Virus record (IMG/VR): IMGVR_UViG_3300014720_000019 | Span: 43,116 to 107,115 of that record | Source: a virus | DNA: 64,000 bases | Reading direction: 5' to 3' (one strand) | Shown: positions 1-10,398 of the stretch, one piece after another | Numbering within the stretch: position 1 is the stretch's first letter | Layout of the letters: every line of letters starts with the position of its first letter | The notes under the pieces: generated by a model | The model's input: the letters and a program-made list of their open reading frames with translations, nothing else | Database searches by the model: none | What the model was told of the DNA's origin: nothing | Translations under genes and position numbers: made by a program

Positions 1-1
1 A

Positions 2-382
2 GGTATTGTATCAATTGCTGGTATTCCTATCAGAACCGTTGAAACTTGGTATAGAGATCCAGTTGATGGTGTCAGAAAGTATCTATGGCCTAGAAACAAG
101 GTTGTATTTGTATCTGAAGCTGCACCTAATGGTAGCTATGAAGCACCTGGCAGAACTCAATATTGTGTATCAGAAGAAAGCGGTGGTGAGCCTGGATTGT
201 GGATGAGAGAACAAAGAGATACTCCTATTCCTTCTGCGCCTGGTATGTATGTACAAATGGGCAATGCTGGTCTACCTTATCTCCTATATCCTCATAGAGT
301 TGCTCACATGAAGGTAGCTGAAATTCAAGATATTAATACTAGAATTGGGGTCCTTGGGGACTTGCAATATGGAAGTTTGTAA
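2..382 (+). CDS. Major capsid protein, C-terminal part (starts before the window)
   Basis: The frame is open from base 2 (GIVSIAGIPIRTVETWYRDP...) into the 197..382 ORF. The ending PGMYVQMGNAGLPYLLYP resembles the C-terminus of lambda gpE-type (HK97-fold) capsid proteins. It is followed by a strong terminator and then head/tail genes. Confidence 0.7.
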   Translation, partial: GIVSIAGIPIRTVETWYRDPVDGVRKYLWPRNKVVFVSEAAPNGSYEAPGRTQYCVSEESGGEPGLWMREQRDTPIPSAPGMYVQMGNAGLPYLLYPHRVAHMKVAEIQDINTRIGVLGDLQYGSL

Positions 383-412
383 GAGCACCAATTAATTAAA
401 TAAACTTTATAT

Positions 413-454
413 TAATAAAAAGAGGCTAGATTATTTTCTAGCCTCTTTTTATTA
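413..454. terminator. Bidirectional intrinsic terminator
   Basis: Inverted repeat taataaaaagaggctaga / tctagcctctttttatta with A/T tracts on both sides, between convergent genes. Confidence 0.85.
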
Positions 455-455
455 T

Positions 456-1364
456 TTATTTAATCTTAATTTTATATCCAGACCAACCTTTATAATAAGA
501 ACCCTTTTCAATTAAATCATGAATAGATTGCTTACTTATATTATTATCTTTACAAAATGTAGTAAGATCCCTAAATATATACTCATTACCACTATTATCT
601 TTTATATGATACTCAAATAATCTCCCCCTTTTTGGGCCATTTTTAGCAGTCTCACTTATTATTATATCTTTATCTTTATTTATATCAACTTTATATCCAG
701 ACCAACCTTTATAAAAAGTACCTTTATTAATCATATTACCTAAATGAGTCCTACTTAAATTGTGTAGATTACAAAACTCAGTTAAGTTATTAAATACATA
801 TTGATTACCTTCTAAGTCAGTTACATGATACTCAAACTCTATTCTTGTTCCAAGTCTTTTAATATCATGTTTAGCCTCTTTAAGAGGTATTTTTCTAACT
901 GCTTTAGAAGGTTTATTAGTTCTACTTGTAATTAGTCTTTGTTTATCTTCGTCACTCATTTTTCTACCTTTAGCAGCCTCACTAATTTTCTTTCTAGCCT
1001 CTTCACTATGAGTTTTACCAGACATATAATTTGTACTAGCAGAAGGATTAATATTATAACCATAGTCCCTATCCCAACTCTTATAATAGTCCATCCAATA
1101 TTGTTCTCTTGCTGTTAACAGAGCAATATTATCAGACCCATCTTCTAACTTTGGCACCACCTCTAACACTTCAAATATAAAGTCCTCTTCACCATATTTA
1201 TTGAAGGCCTTCTGAAGATAATCATTATCATGTTGATTCCTTCTTAGATTTAGTAGGTGGTCCCCTTTTCTACCATTAAGATATACTGTTTGACCAATAT
1301 ATCTTTTACCTGTTGTTTTATTGGTTATAGAGTATATACCAGCTACCTTATTTCTTGTTCTCAT
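456..1364 (-). CDS. Free-standing GIY-YIG homing endonuclease with NUMOD3-like segment and two C-terminal repeats
   Basis: GIYSITN...KRYIGQT, H..NDYLQKAFNKYG, FEVLE and REQYW...YGYNI motifs. NUMOD3-like GKTHSEEARKKISEA. Duplicated ~55-aa C-terminal module ending YKGWSGYK. Confidence 0.92.
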   Translation of the reverse strand: MRTRNKVAGIYSITNKTTGKRYIGQTVYLNGRKGDHLLNLRRNQHDNDYLQKAFNKYGEEDFIFEVLEVVPKLEDGSDNIALLTAREQYWMDYYKSWDRDYGYNINPSASTNYMSGKTHSEEARKKISEAAKGRKMSDEDKQRLITSRTNKPSKAVRKIPLKEAKHDIKRLGTRIEFEYHVTDLEGNQYVFNNLTEFCNLHNLSRTHLGNMINKGTFYKGWSGYKVDINKDKDIIISETAKNGPKRGRLFEYHIKDNSGNEYIFRDLTTFCKDNNISKQSIHDLIEKGSYYKGWSGYKIKIK

Positions 1365-1408
1365 ACATTGTTATAAGTATAAATATAAACACTTAAACAA
1401 CAGATTAA

Positions 1409-1684
1409 TCATCTCCAACTAATATTAAGACTAAACACATCTTTATATATAACTACATACCCATTTTTACTTAGCTCTTTCTCTATATATTCAACATTAG
1501 ATATAAAGGGTATAACAACATCTGTATAACCATTAGTAGCTCTTTGTCTAATCATATCAGCAACCTTTTGTAACTCTTCATCCCTATCAACATTATTGGC
1601 CAACCTATTAGCCTCTTTAGCATTTAATAATGGCAATACAACTTGCTCTTTATTCTGTGTATTATTCTGTGGTTTAGTGTTCAT
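1409..1684 (-). CDS. Hypothetical protein (91 aa)
   Basis: Clean ORF with an AGGAG RBS upstream. Ends L.K.GY.V...ISW, as in small phage proteins. Confidence 0.75.
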   Translation of the reverse strand: MNTKPQNNTQNKEQVVLPLLNAKEANRLANNVDRDEELQKVADMIRQRATNGYTDVVIPFISNVEYIEKELSKNGYVVIYKDVFSLNISWR

Positions 1685-1817
1685 ATAACTCCTATATACG
1701 TGCCTACTTTGTTATTTAAAGGCCTACATTATATATGACATTGTATTATATATTTATAGACAAAATAAGGTAAGTAGAATAACTTACTAGACAAATAATA
1801 AGAGAGAAATAATAATA

Positions 1818-2972
1818 ATGGGATTGTATCAAGTTAATCAAGTCCTTAAAGGCGCTAGAAATAGTGGTGGTCTAAAGACTTATAATCAAGCATCAGTAGT
1901 AGAGAAGCCAGTAGCAGCTATCTCTGGTACAACTATTACATTTACTGGAGGCAACCTTGAAGTAGAAGGTAAGTTGTATGGACTATCCACCTTTGACTTT
2001 GCACCTTTTGCTGCATTGTTAAAAGCATCAACAACCTATGTACTAAGTGCTGTTCCTTCCTTTGTTGAACCTGCTGATAAGACAGCCGCACAAACTGCTG
2101 GTGTTAACTACACAGTTAGCCAAACTAGTCTTGGTGAGTCAGTATTAGCTTACTTCTTAAATCCTGCTGCTGAGACTCAAATTAATGCGTTAGGTGGCTA
2201 TTTAGCAGTAACTGAAAGAGTACAAGCTGGCACTGCAACTGAAGCAGATTTTAGAGCATTTTCTTTCTACTCCAGTGAAAGAGACAAGCTAGCAGATCCT
2301 AGATACACTGGTCAAAGATTACCTATTAGTGGTTTGAAGTATGTACTAACAGAAGTAACACCACAAGATAACTCTAGTAAGGCTAATGCTCTAGCAACCT
2401 TCACAGCTAATGACTTTGCTAAGTTTAGAGCAACCCAAGGTGACATTCCTGCTGAGTTAAAAGTACTAGCAACTGCTGCTGCTGTTACCGCATATGAGAC
2501 ACCTGGCAAGACATTCTTGTGTAAGAGAATCTTTGGCTATACATCATTAAACAATGCTAATGCTAATATTGGTGGTGTTGAAGTTGGCGTATATAACATT
2601 ACAACTGGTGCATTGTTACCTACTCCTTTCACCAATCCAACTGACATTATTACTGGTGCAGCATTGTCTGGTTTAACACACTTTGTAGTGTATGAGTTCT
2701 ACTACCCATCATACATTGAACCTGGTAATGAGGGCTTCAAAGATAGACCTTTAAATATCCTCTCTGTAAGAGAAGCAAGTGGTCTTGGTAGAATCAATCC
2801 AATCTACTTAGATAATCCTTTCAACATTCAAAGATCCGCTCTAATGCAAGCTAAAGCTAGACCATCTTTAACTCTATATAACAACCCTTGTGATCTTGTT
2901 AAAGTTACAGTTTCTAGCTTAGGTCCAGTAGTTCTTAGCAATCTTGTTCCTGTTTATGATACACTTATCTAA
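1818..2972 (+). CDS. Virion structural protein, probable second head/decoration protein
   Basis: 384 aa, Ala/Thr-rich, codon style like the capsid and sheath genes. First + gene after the capsid gene. Function inferred from position. Confidence 0.55.
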   Translation: MGLYQVNQVLKGARNSGGLKTYNQASVVEKPVAAISGTTITFTGGNLEVEGKLYGLSTFDFAPFAALLKASTTYVLSAVPSFVEPADKTAAQTAGVNYTVSQTSLGESVLAYFLNPAAETQINALGGYLAVTERVQAGTATEADFRAFSFYSSERDKLADPRYTGQRLPISGLKYVLTEVTPQDNSSKANALATFTANDFAKFRATQGDIPAELKVLATAAAVTAYETPGKTFLCKRIFGYTSLNNANANIGGVEVGVYNITTGALLPTPFTNPTDIITGAALSGLTHFVVYEFYYPSYIEPGNEGFKDRPLNILSVREASGLGRINPIYLDNPFNIQRSALMQAKARPSLTLYNNPCDLVKVTVSSLGPVVLSNLVPVYDTLI

Positions 2973-3008
2973 TTAAGTAGATAACTAACAAAGGTATAAA
3001 AACAAGAC

Positions 3009-3686
3009 ATGTTTGATCCAACTATTAGAGTAAGAGTTATAGCTGATTTCAAATACAAAGATATGTACTACTTAACTGCTGGTACATATCTTAGTTTTGA
3101 TCTATATGACAGCACAAAGATTGCTGAGCTAATCAGTCTATATAACCCACAGTATGAATATAGGGAGCACATTGAGTTACCAGCAAGAGACAGTCTTCCT
3201 TATCATGTTAAGAATCAGTTAGAAGAGACCTACACCTCTAACAAACCAGCAGACGCTAATGAGTATCTACCAAAGAGTGACGTGCCATTCTATGAAGTAG
3301 GTGGTGAAACCTTCTCACCTTATGGCATATCACCATATGAAGAAGACAAGCCAGTTGTAGCCCTTGCTGATAACACATATGAGCCAGAAGTAACAGAGCC
3401 TAAGTTCCCTGAGATTCAGCCTTCAGTATTAGAGGGAAAAGTAGTAATCAAAGAAGAAGTAACTGAATCTACTGACGTTGCAAAAGACTATGAATATGTA
3501 ATAGAAGAAGCACCTAAACAAGCTTACAGTGAACTAACAACCGTTATATTAAATTCAACAGAGGATGAGTTAGAGGCTAGATCAGCCTCTGACATTAAAA
3601 AGGCAGTATTAGAATTTGATCCAAGTTATGACTATACAAATAAGAAAGAAGCTATCAAGTACATCTTATCTAGAACAGAACAATAA
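3009..3686 (+). CDS. Acidic hypothetical protein with C-terminal helix-extension-helix-like motif
   Basis: Glu/Pro-rich linker. C-terminus ELEARSASDIKK...TNKKEAIKYIL resembles Rho_N/HeH modules. Confidence 0.5.
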   Translation: MFDPTIRVRVIADFKYKDMYYLTAGTYLSFDLYDSTKIAELISLYNPQYEYREHIELPARDSLPYHVKNQLEETYTSNKPADANEYLPKSDVPFYEVGGETFSPYGISPYEEDKPVVALADNTYEPEVTEPKFPEIQPSVLEGKVVIKEEVTESTDVAKDYEYVIEEAPKQAYSELTTVILNSTEDELEARSASDIKKAVLEFDPSYDYTNKKEAIKYILSRTEQ

Positions 3687-3689
3687 CAA

Positions 3690-5612
3690 ATGAACTTTGC
3701 ACAAGACATACAGAGTAGTCTTGATACAACTAATTTCATAAAGCTAGTAAGGCCTCTATGTGTGCTAACACAAGGGGCCTCCTTTATAGCTGATACTGAC
3801 ATTATCTTTCAAGGGCTACAACAGTTTAATAACATAGGACTTGTATTATCTGCTGCTAAAGATAAAGATAATACACAACTATTTAAGACACCAACAACAT
3901 ATCAAGCGGTATTAAATCTAATAACAAACTCTGAGTATAGTAGTGGTCTTATTAATGTAGCAGCAGAGTTAACAGCAGCAAACATCATTAGATCATTACC
4001 TCTTAATGACTCATTAAAGTTAATTGAAAGGGGTAACACATTAGAACAAAGAGCCTATTCAAATTTAGATAGAATTATATTCTTATATACTAATAACAAC
4101 AGTACTACAACTAATAGTAGTAAAACATCAAAAGAGTATTTCTTCTTTGCACCTGAATTAGACAAAACAACAATACCAGCATCAGCATTTGATGTTGGAT
4201 TAGAGACTGATATTGTATCTATTGATAATGTTAAGGTTGTCCCATCTATAACAGTTGATCCTAATCATATAGCCTTTATATATTTCAACATATTAAAGTC
4301 AGAACCAGGCACACCACCTCTATTAAATGAAGGGGCCACGCAAGTATTTAATGGAGAGACAATAGAGAATATAGTATTTAGACTTACATCTGATATAAAT
4401 GCTTTATGTACTAGTGTTTATACAACTGGTACTCAAGTATATCCATATTCAAATCTAATAGCAGCACCTACTAGAACCACTGATAATATTACAAACATAA
4501 GTCTTAAAAAGAAGGATTTATACCCTCTAACAACAACATTTAAGAATAAAACTGCTAGATTTAATACATCTCTTTACAGTGTTTATATTGAATTTACAGC
4601 TAGAAGATTATCTACACTAATAGCAAGTGAAGCCATCATTGTTAGACCTATAACTATACATAAGGGTATTTTAATTACTGGATATGTTGGTACTTACAAT
4701 AGCAGTACAACATACATCAATAACAACGTTGTTATATATAACAATAATGCTTATAGATGTATTGTATCTAATAGTATTAACATTGATCCAACCAATACTA
4801 CTAATTGGTTATTATTAGATCTATCAACTATTACTTATACAAGTAGTAATTTAGTTAATAACAAGAATAACTATTTATATGACTACATAAATGGATTAGT
4901 AGTAGGAGTACAAAGTACAACCTCATTACTATATCAATCCTTACAACCAAAGGGCCCTTTATCAGCCATAATTGATGTTAATAAAGGTGTCACATCAACT
5001 GCATCTTCAACCACAACAAACAAGACAATAGATCACAAGGTTGAGATAGATACATTCTACTTTGGTGTAGTTGATAGTAGTAATCCACAATGCACACAAG
5101 CTGGTAAGTTACTATTTAGAATATCAACGTTATCTAATGATGTGCCTTGGATACCTATTAACATAATAGTTGGTGATAAACCAGAAGATGTAGCATTTAA
5201 GCTAGTACAAAAGCTATTAGAGTATAGGGTAGCAGATGATACTCATGTTGTAGGAGCACAGATATACAACAATGCAGTCTATATTAATGCATATAAGATA
5301 TCTAATCCAGAAGTAAAAGTAGTAGTAGATGTTAAGTTTGAAGGGGTAGGGGGTATAACTGTTGCTGCCTATTATCACTTAGAAGCACCACAATCAACAG
5401 CATATAACACCTCACCAAGATCAGTTGCAGTAACAACAATACTAAGAATTACTAACAATCCCCCATCTGACAGCAACATTAATAAAGGCGCATCAACTGT
5501 TGACATTGGTAAAAGAGGCAATAGTAAGATGAGTAAAGTTAGAGATAAGATTGGAACACTAAACGATGTAACAGGATCACAATATGTATGGAATAGATCA
5601 AGTATGTATTAA
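3690..5612 (+). CDS. Probable head-tail adaptor/neck protein with carbohydrate-binding-like insert
   Basis: Helical N-terminus (LINVAAELTAANII...EQRAYSNLDRI) resembles adaptor proteins. Internal YNSSTTY...VVIYNNNAYRC...P...W resembles CBM5/12. Lies between head and sheath genes. Confidence 0.5.
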   Translation: MNFAQDIQSSLDTTNFIKLVRPLCVLTQGASFIADTDIIFQGLQQFNNIGLVLSAAKDKDNTQLFKTPTTYQAVLNLITNSEYSSGLINVAAELTAANIIRSLPLNDSLKLIERGNTLEQRAYSNLDRIIFLYTNNNSTTTNSSKTSKEYFFFAPELDKTTIPASAFDVGLETDIVSIDNVKVVPSITVDPNHIAFIYFNILKSEPGTPPLLNEGATQVFNGETIENIVFRLTSDINALCTSVYTTGTQVYPYSNLIAAPTRTTDNITNISLKKKDLYPLTTTFKNKTARFNTSLYSVYIEFTARRLSTLIASEAIIVRPITIHKGILITGYVGTYNSSTTYINNNVVIYNNNAYRCIVSNSINIDPTNTTNWLLLDLSTITYTSSNLVNNKNNYLYDYINGLVVGVQSTTSLLYQSLQPKGPLSAIIDVNKGVTSTASSTTTNKTIDHKVEIDTFYFGVVDSSNPQCTQAGKLLFRISTLSNDVPWIPINIIVGDKPEDVAFKLVQKLLEYRVADDTHVVGAQIYNNAVYINAYKISNPEVKVVVDVKFEGVGGITVAAYYHLEAPQSTAYNTSPRSVAVTTILRITNNPPSDSNINKGASTVDIGKRGNSKMSKVRDKIGTLNDVTGSQYVWNRSSMY

Positions 5613-6258
5613 CGTTGCTACACAGATAGCAAGTCACCCTTTGATATTAGCCAATCTAATAACAAATCCAATAACTGGAGAGAAGGTGCCAATTACTAAT
5701 TACAGATTATATGGTGGGATTGAAACATCAAGTAACACTTTAACATGCGCTGTATATCCAGCACCAATAACATCATTAACAGCAAAAGAGCCAACATCAC
5801 AGACAGCCAGTGTTATATATAGACCATATACATTAGGGCAAGAACAAGATGAAGTAATGTTTATGATTCATATAAGCTTTTACTATAACAGTGTTACTGC
5901 TGGCTCCCAATCAACACCACTAATAATTCAAAATGTGCCTACACAATTACCTATAAATAATGATGAAATACTAATAGAAAATAGTAGAACATTAGAACTA
6001 TATACAGATGTGTCTATGCATATATTAAGTCAATGCATTGAACTGTTAAGACTAATAATATATGACATTAAGATAGATGATTTAAACACAAAGATTGAAG
6101 TACTTAGATCCTCATTTGTAGGAGGTGAGTGGGAGAGATCTCCCTACTTTAAAGAGGTTGTAACAGCCTGTCTAGTAACAACATTTCCTCCTAAAGCATC
6201 AAAACTAAGCACTAACATACAAAACATACAATATACAATACAGGATAATAATCAGTGA
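5584..6258 (+). CDS. Probable tail completion/terminator protein
   Basis: 224 aa immediately upstream of, and overlapping (GTGA), the sheath gene. Positional inference. Confidence 0.45.
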   Translation: MYGIDQVCINVATQIASHPLILANLITNPITGEKVPITNYRLYGGIETSSNTLTCAVYPAPITSLTAKEPTSQTASVIYRPYTLGQEQDEVMFMIHISFYYNSVTAGSQSTPLIIQNVPTQLPINNDEILIENSRTLELYTDVSMHILSQCIELLRLIIYDIKIDDLNTKIEVLRSSFVGGEWERSPYFKEVVTACLVTTFPPKASKLSTNIQNIQYTIQDNNQ

Positions 6259-9017
6259 GAATCCCAGAAGTAATATTTAATGAGACACCATCATTAGGTG
6301 CCCCTATAAACACCTCAGCAGCTAATAGAGTTGCCATTATTGGTGAGTTTACAAAGGGCCCTTTAAACACAGTACTTCTTTCAGACTTTAAAGACTTTGC
6401 AAGAATATATGGATATGATACAGGTGTTGCCAATCAATCCTTTCAAGCAGCATATGATCAAGGTGCTAGAGAGTTTGGTATTAAGAGAGTTATTGGTAAA
6501 CCAGTAGCACCAAAGATTGATTTATTGATTGGTGGAGTTGCTACAAAGGCTAACAATCTAACAATTAATTTAAAGTTTATTGGTCAACCAGTAAGCACTG
6601 CTACTAGTTACATTGAAACGTTTATAGTATCATCTGGCAGTTATACTGGAACAGCAGATAAGAGATACTTGTTTAAAATAACACAGGGGCCAATCACTCT
6701 AAATGCTACATACAATCAAGCAACATCTGCTACTACTATTACAACATCTATTGCTAATGCTGAGAAGGTTGTAATTGGATCTAAGATTGTAAGTACTGAG
6801 TCAGGAGTATTAACAGCACCTACAACTACAACTGTAACAGCCGTTGATCCTCTAACTGGTGTAATAACATTATCAGCACCGTTAGTAACAGTAGTTGCTG
6901 GTTATGGCAGCTTTACACTTACTAATAAAGCAACATTAAAATGGGTTGTATTACCCATAACTCAATACCCATTTGCTACTAACTTACCTATTGTTACTTG
7001 GGGTAATGATAGTGCTGATATTCCAACATATGTTGACACTACTGGAGCAACTATAAGTGGTGCTGTCTTAGGATCAACATTAGATCTAACAACTGATGCT
7101 GGTGTATTCAAGTCAATAGCAGAAGGTATATCTCTTAAGTTTAGTACAACTGGAGTACCCATTGAGTTATATCCTGGTGAACAGTTTACTGTTAGAGTTA
7201 ACTCAACTGAGTATTCAGTACCAGTTGCACAAGGTGCTACAGCATCAGATGTTATTAACAACATACAAGACTTAGTAGGCGGTGTAACCCCTATTGGTAT
7301 TATTGACAGACTGCCAAATGAACAAGGTGCAAGACTATTCTTATCAGAGGATATTATCAACCAACCAACTGAGTTTTTTGATCTAGATGAGCCTGACAGA
7401 GTAACAATTGCAAGTGGCTATAGCTTATGGGTTGACTTAGATGAGGCAGACGGCCAAGTAGTTACTACAGGTTCAGCAACATCTGGCTCCACATCATTGA
7501 CCGTAGCAGATGCAACTAACATATCTATTGATTCAATTGTTACTGGTACTAGCATCAGTCAAGGCACTACTGTTATTAGTAAATCTGGCAATGTATTAAC
7601 TTTAAGTGATCCAGTTGCTGCTAACATTGTTGGCGCATCTATTACATTCTCCAACCTAAATGGTATTAACTTTAGTAACTATACAAGCCTAAATAAGACT
7701 GGTTTCTCAGCAACATCAAACAATGCTAGAAATGCCTTCTTAACAACATACACTGCTGATGGGTTTCCTCTCATTAGATTCACAGCTATTAGTCCTGGTC
7801 AATGGGGTAATAACTTAGCACTTACAATTAATAGCACAGGTAATAGTAAGTTTACAGTTGTAATTGAAGATAAGAATGACAATACAAATGATAAGCAGAT
7901 TGAATCATTTAGTGTTGACTTGTCTAGAGACGTAGCAGCAGATGGATCAATCACATCAATTGCATCTAGTTATGTCATTGCTGACTATCTACCAGTGTCA
8001 ACAGGTAGTAATTTATTCCCATCACAAATTGTAACAAGAACACCACAAAGATTAGCACCAGCTAACCTATTTATTACTGATACAAATGACATTAGACATA
8101 TTAATTATGTTGGTAATTCTAAGCTTACTAACTTGTTCTTGAAGAAGGGCTATGATGGTCCCCTACCAACAGAGAATGACTATGTATCCGCAGTGAGATC
8201 ATTGGCAGAACAAAGAGTTAACTTTATTGTTGTTGCTAGTGAGTTAGGTGCTAGGACAAGTGTAAGACAAGCACAGTTAGCAGTGGCTAATAACAGTGGT
8301 GAGTTAGAAGGTAGAAAGATTGCAATCTTAACCTCTACTAGAAGCCTAACACCTGGTTTAGCAAGAGTTGAGACTGCTGGTATTAACACTGAAAGAGGTG
8401 TATATGTAGCAGGTTGGGCAACCTATGGTGGCTCTACTAATACTGGCAGATTCAGCGTTCCATTGTCTGCATTCTATGCAGGTAAGTTGAGCTATATTCC
8501 TGAGAACATAAGCCCTGCTGCTAGAAGAAGTGCTGGCTCTATTCAAGGTGTAATTGAGACTGACTTAGATGGTTACATATCTACTAGTGCCAAGCAACAA
8601 TTCATTGATGCTAAGGTTGATATGATTGCTATTGACCCCGCCTTAGATGGTTATTATGTAATACAAGGTAGAACACTAACAAATGTTACTGGTAAGGATA
8701 ACATCAATCTAGTTAGAATTAATGACAGGATTAGAAGAGACTTGTATACTAACTTACAAAGCTATAAAGGTGAGACAAACTCTAGAGTTATTAGAGGACA
8801 AATAGCCTCTGCTATATCAGCTTATATGACATTACTACAAAGAAGTGGTTATATTAGTTCCTACAATCAGCCAGTAATTGATGAGACTAATAACCCTGCT
8901 AGTGCATACTTTACTGGCACCTTAAATATAGCCTTATCATACACACCAATATATCCAATTGGCTTAATTGTGATTACATTAACCAGAGATGTATCTGGTA
9001 GCGTTCAAATAGGTTAA
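6255..9017 (+). CDS. Contractile tail sheath protein
   Basis: N-terminal IPEVIFNE...AIIGEFTKGP; SPGQWGNNL; C-terminal QGRTL...INLVRINDRI...DETNNP...LNIALSYTPIYP sheath signatures. GTG start with CAGGA upstream. Confidence 0.92.
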   Translation: MRIPEVIFNETPSLGAPINTSAANRVAIIGEFTKGPLNTVLLSDFKDFARIYGYDTGVANQSFQAAYDQGAREFGIKRVIGKPVAPKIDLLIGGVATKANNLTINLKFIGQPVSTATSYIETFIVSSGSYTGTADKRYLFKITQGPITLNATYNQATSATTITTSIANAEKVVIGSKIVSTESGVLTAPTTTTVTAVDPLTGVITLSAPLVTVVAGYGSFTLTNKATLKWVVLPITQYPFATNLPIVTWGNDSADIPTYVDTTGATISGAVLGSTLDLTTDAGVFKSIAEGISLKFSTTGVPIELYPGEQFTVRVNSTEYSVPVAQGATASDVINNIQDLVGGVTPIGIIDRLPNEQGARLFLSEDIINQPTEFFDLDEPDRVTIASGYSLWVDLDEADGQVVTTGSATSGSTSLTVADATNISIDSIVTGTSISQGTTVISKSGNVLTLSDPVAANIVGASITFSNLNGINFSNYTSLNKTGFSATSNNARNAFLTTYTADGFPLIRFTAISPGQWGNNLALTINSTGNSKFTVVIEDKNDNTNDKQIESFSVDLSRDVAADGSITSIASSYVIADYLPVSTGSNLFPSQIVTRTPQRLAPANLFITDTNDIRHINYVGNSKLTNLFLKKGYDGPLPTENDYVSAVRSLAEQRVNFIVVASELGARTSVRQAQLAVANNSGELEGRKIAILTSTRSLTPGLARVETAGINTERGVYVAGWATYGGSTNTGRFSVPLSAFYAGKLSYIPENISPAARRSAGSIQGVIETDLDGYISTSAKQQFIDAKVDMIAIDPALDGYYVIQGRTLTNVTGKDNINLVRINDRIRRDLYTNLQSYKGETNSRVIRGQIASAISAYMTLLQRSGYISSYNQPVIDETNNPASAYFTGTLNIALSYTPIYPIGLIVITLTRDVSGSVQIG

Positions 9018-9037
9018 TAATACAGAGTAAACAATAA

Positions 9038-9853
9038 ATGTTAGACATATATAAAGCGCCAGTTAATAATGTAATATTAGATCCCATTCAAGGCTTTGAC
9101 ATTGCTGCTTGGTTACAAGACTCAGCAACAGGTCAGATAGCCTTGTTTGGTGACTTTCAATCTATTACATTAACTATTAGAGATAGTACTGAAACATATT
9201 TACCATTAGGTACAAGATTCCCAGTTTATCTAAATGGTGAAGTTCAAATAGCTTTTGTTATTGAGCAAGGTCTAGTTGATATGAACTTCATGCAAAGAAC
9301 CTTTGGCGTTCAGAACATGGTAAGAGAGCAACTAGTAACAAGAGGCCCTAGATTCCAACTAACCTTTGATGCTAATGCTTATGAACTAGCACAGAATTAC
9401 ATTGGACAAGGAACCACAGCCCCAGGCATTCAATATAGAGGTGGTGGAACTTCATTCAATCAGATTGTAGGTGGTTCTAATGCCAGCTTTGCAATAAACA
9501 ATTTAACACTTGATCCATCAGCTACTAACGCTTCAAGTGGCATTAACAATCAAGCTTTACCAATCACACAAGGTAGATATGAGTTACAACGCTGTAAGAT
9601 TGACTCTCTATCAGTTGGTATCATGCCTGGTAGAAGGGTAATTGCACAACGTTGGGAGGGAGTAGCAGAAGGTATTAGATTTATACCTCAGTCACTTCAA
9701 GACTTTAGAAGTCAAAATGGTGGTAGAAGTCCAGCCTTTAATGCTCCTAGTGGCACCGCTCTTAGCTCCAATTCTAATATTCCTCTAACATCTGGTGGTT
9801 TAAGACCTCAAGTATTTGGTGGAGCAGGTGGTGGACAAAGCCCAACTATCTAA
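9038..9853 (+). CDS. Tail tube protein
   Basis: Directly after the sheath. Beta-rich pattern GDFQSITLTI...YLPLG...IEQGLVD...YELQRCKI. Followed by a terminator. Confidence 0.8.
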   Translation: MLDIYKAPVNNVILDPIQGFDIAAWLQDSATGQIALFGDFQSITLTIRDSTETYLPLGTRFPVYLNGEVQIAFVIEQGLVDMNFMQRTFGVQNMVREQLVTRGPRFQLTFDANAYELAQNYIGQGTTAPGIQYRGGGTSFNQIVGGSNASFAINNLTLDPSATNASSGINNQALPITQGRYELQRCKIDSLSVGIMPGRRVIAQRWEGVAEGIRFIPQSLQDFRSQNGGRSPAFNAPSGTALSSNSNIPLTSGGLRPQVFGGAGGGQSPTI

Positions 9854-9876
9854 ATAAAACAAACAAACAAACTTAT

Positions 9877-9931
9877 AAACAAAATAAAACAGTGTTATTA
9901 TTAAAAGTAGTAACACTGTTTTATTTTGTTT
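9877..9931 (+). terminator. Intrinsic terminator after the tube gene
   Basis: Inverted repeat aaacaaaataaaacagtgtta / taacactgttttattttgttt. Confidence 0.8.
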
Positions 9932-9939
9932 AATTAACT

Positions 9940-10398
9940 ATGAATATTAATACAGATAGAAAGATTATTGTATATACAAATATAAATGACAAGATTGATA
10001 TTGTGGGCAGTTTTAATGTATTATCTGTAACACTAAGATCTGCTAATAAACAAGATCAATTATATTATAAAAACGATAATTATATTCCTCTAATAGGAGA
10101 AGATATAGTTGCATTTGTATTAGAAGATGGATATTTAGATGTAGAGTATAATTATAGTTTTAAAGTAGTAAATGGAGAAATTATTAGATCACCTAGGTTT
10201 AATATAACTTTTAACTCCTCACCACTAAATCTAGCAACATTTAAACCATTAAATAATAACAAAGGTAGATATGAACTAAGAAGGTGTAAGTTCGGTAGTT
10301 TTATTAATGGTAACTTAGAAGGTGTATCTGATCATTTAAAATATATAGAAGATGAAACAGTAGAACAATTTATAGAAAGGGCCAAATCTAATGACTGA
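9940..10398 (+). CDS. Diverged tail tube paralog 1
   Basis: Shares AFVLEDGYLD, RSPRFNITF, GRYELRRCK and EGV with the tube (AFVIEQGLVD, RGPRFQLTF, GRYELQRCK, EGV). Confidence 0.75.
   Translation: MNINTDRKIIVYTNINDKIDIVGSFNVLSVTLRSANKQDQLYYKNDNYIPLIGEDIVAFVLEDGYLDVEYNYSFKVVNGEIIRSPRFNITFNSSPLNLATFKPLNNNKGRYELRRCKFGSFINGNLEGVSDHLKYIEDETVEQFIERAKSND

Noticed and set aside
6-206. 66-aa ORF from the track
   Set aside because: It is an alternative frame of the capsid gene. The real frame starts at base 2 and joins 197..382.
383-1817. Group I intron carrying the GIY-YIG gene
   Set aside because: The capsid gene ends normally, the endonuclease is antisense, and there is no room for intron core elements.
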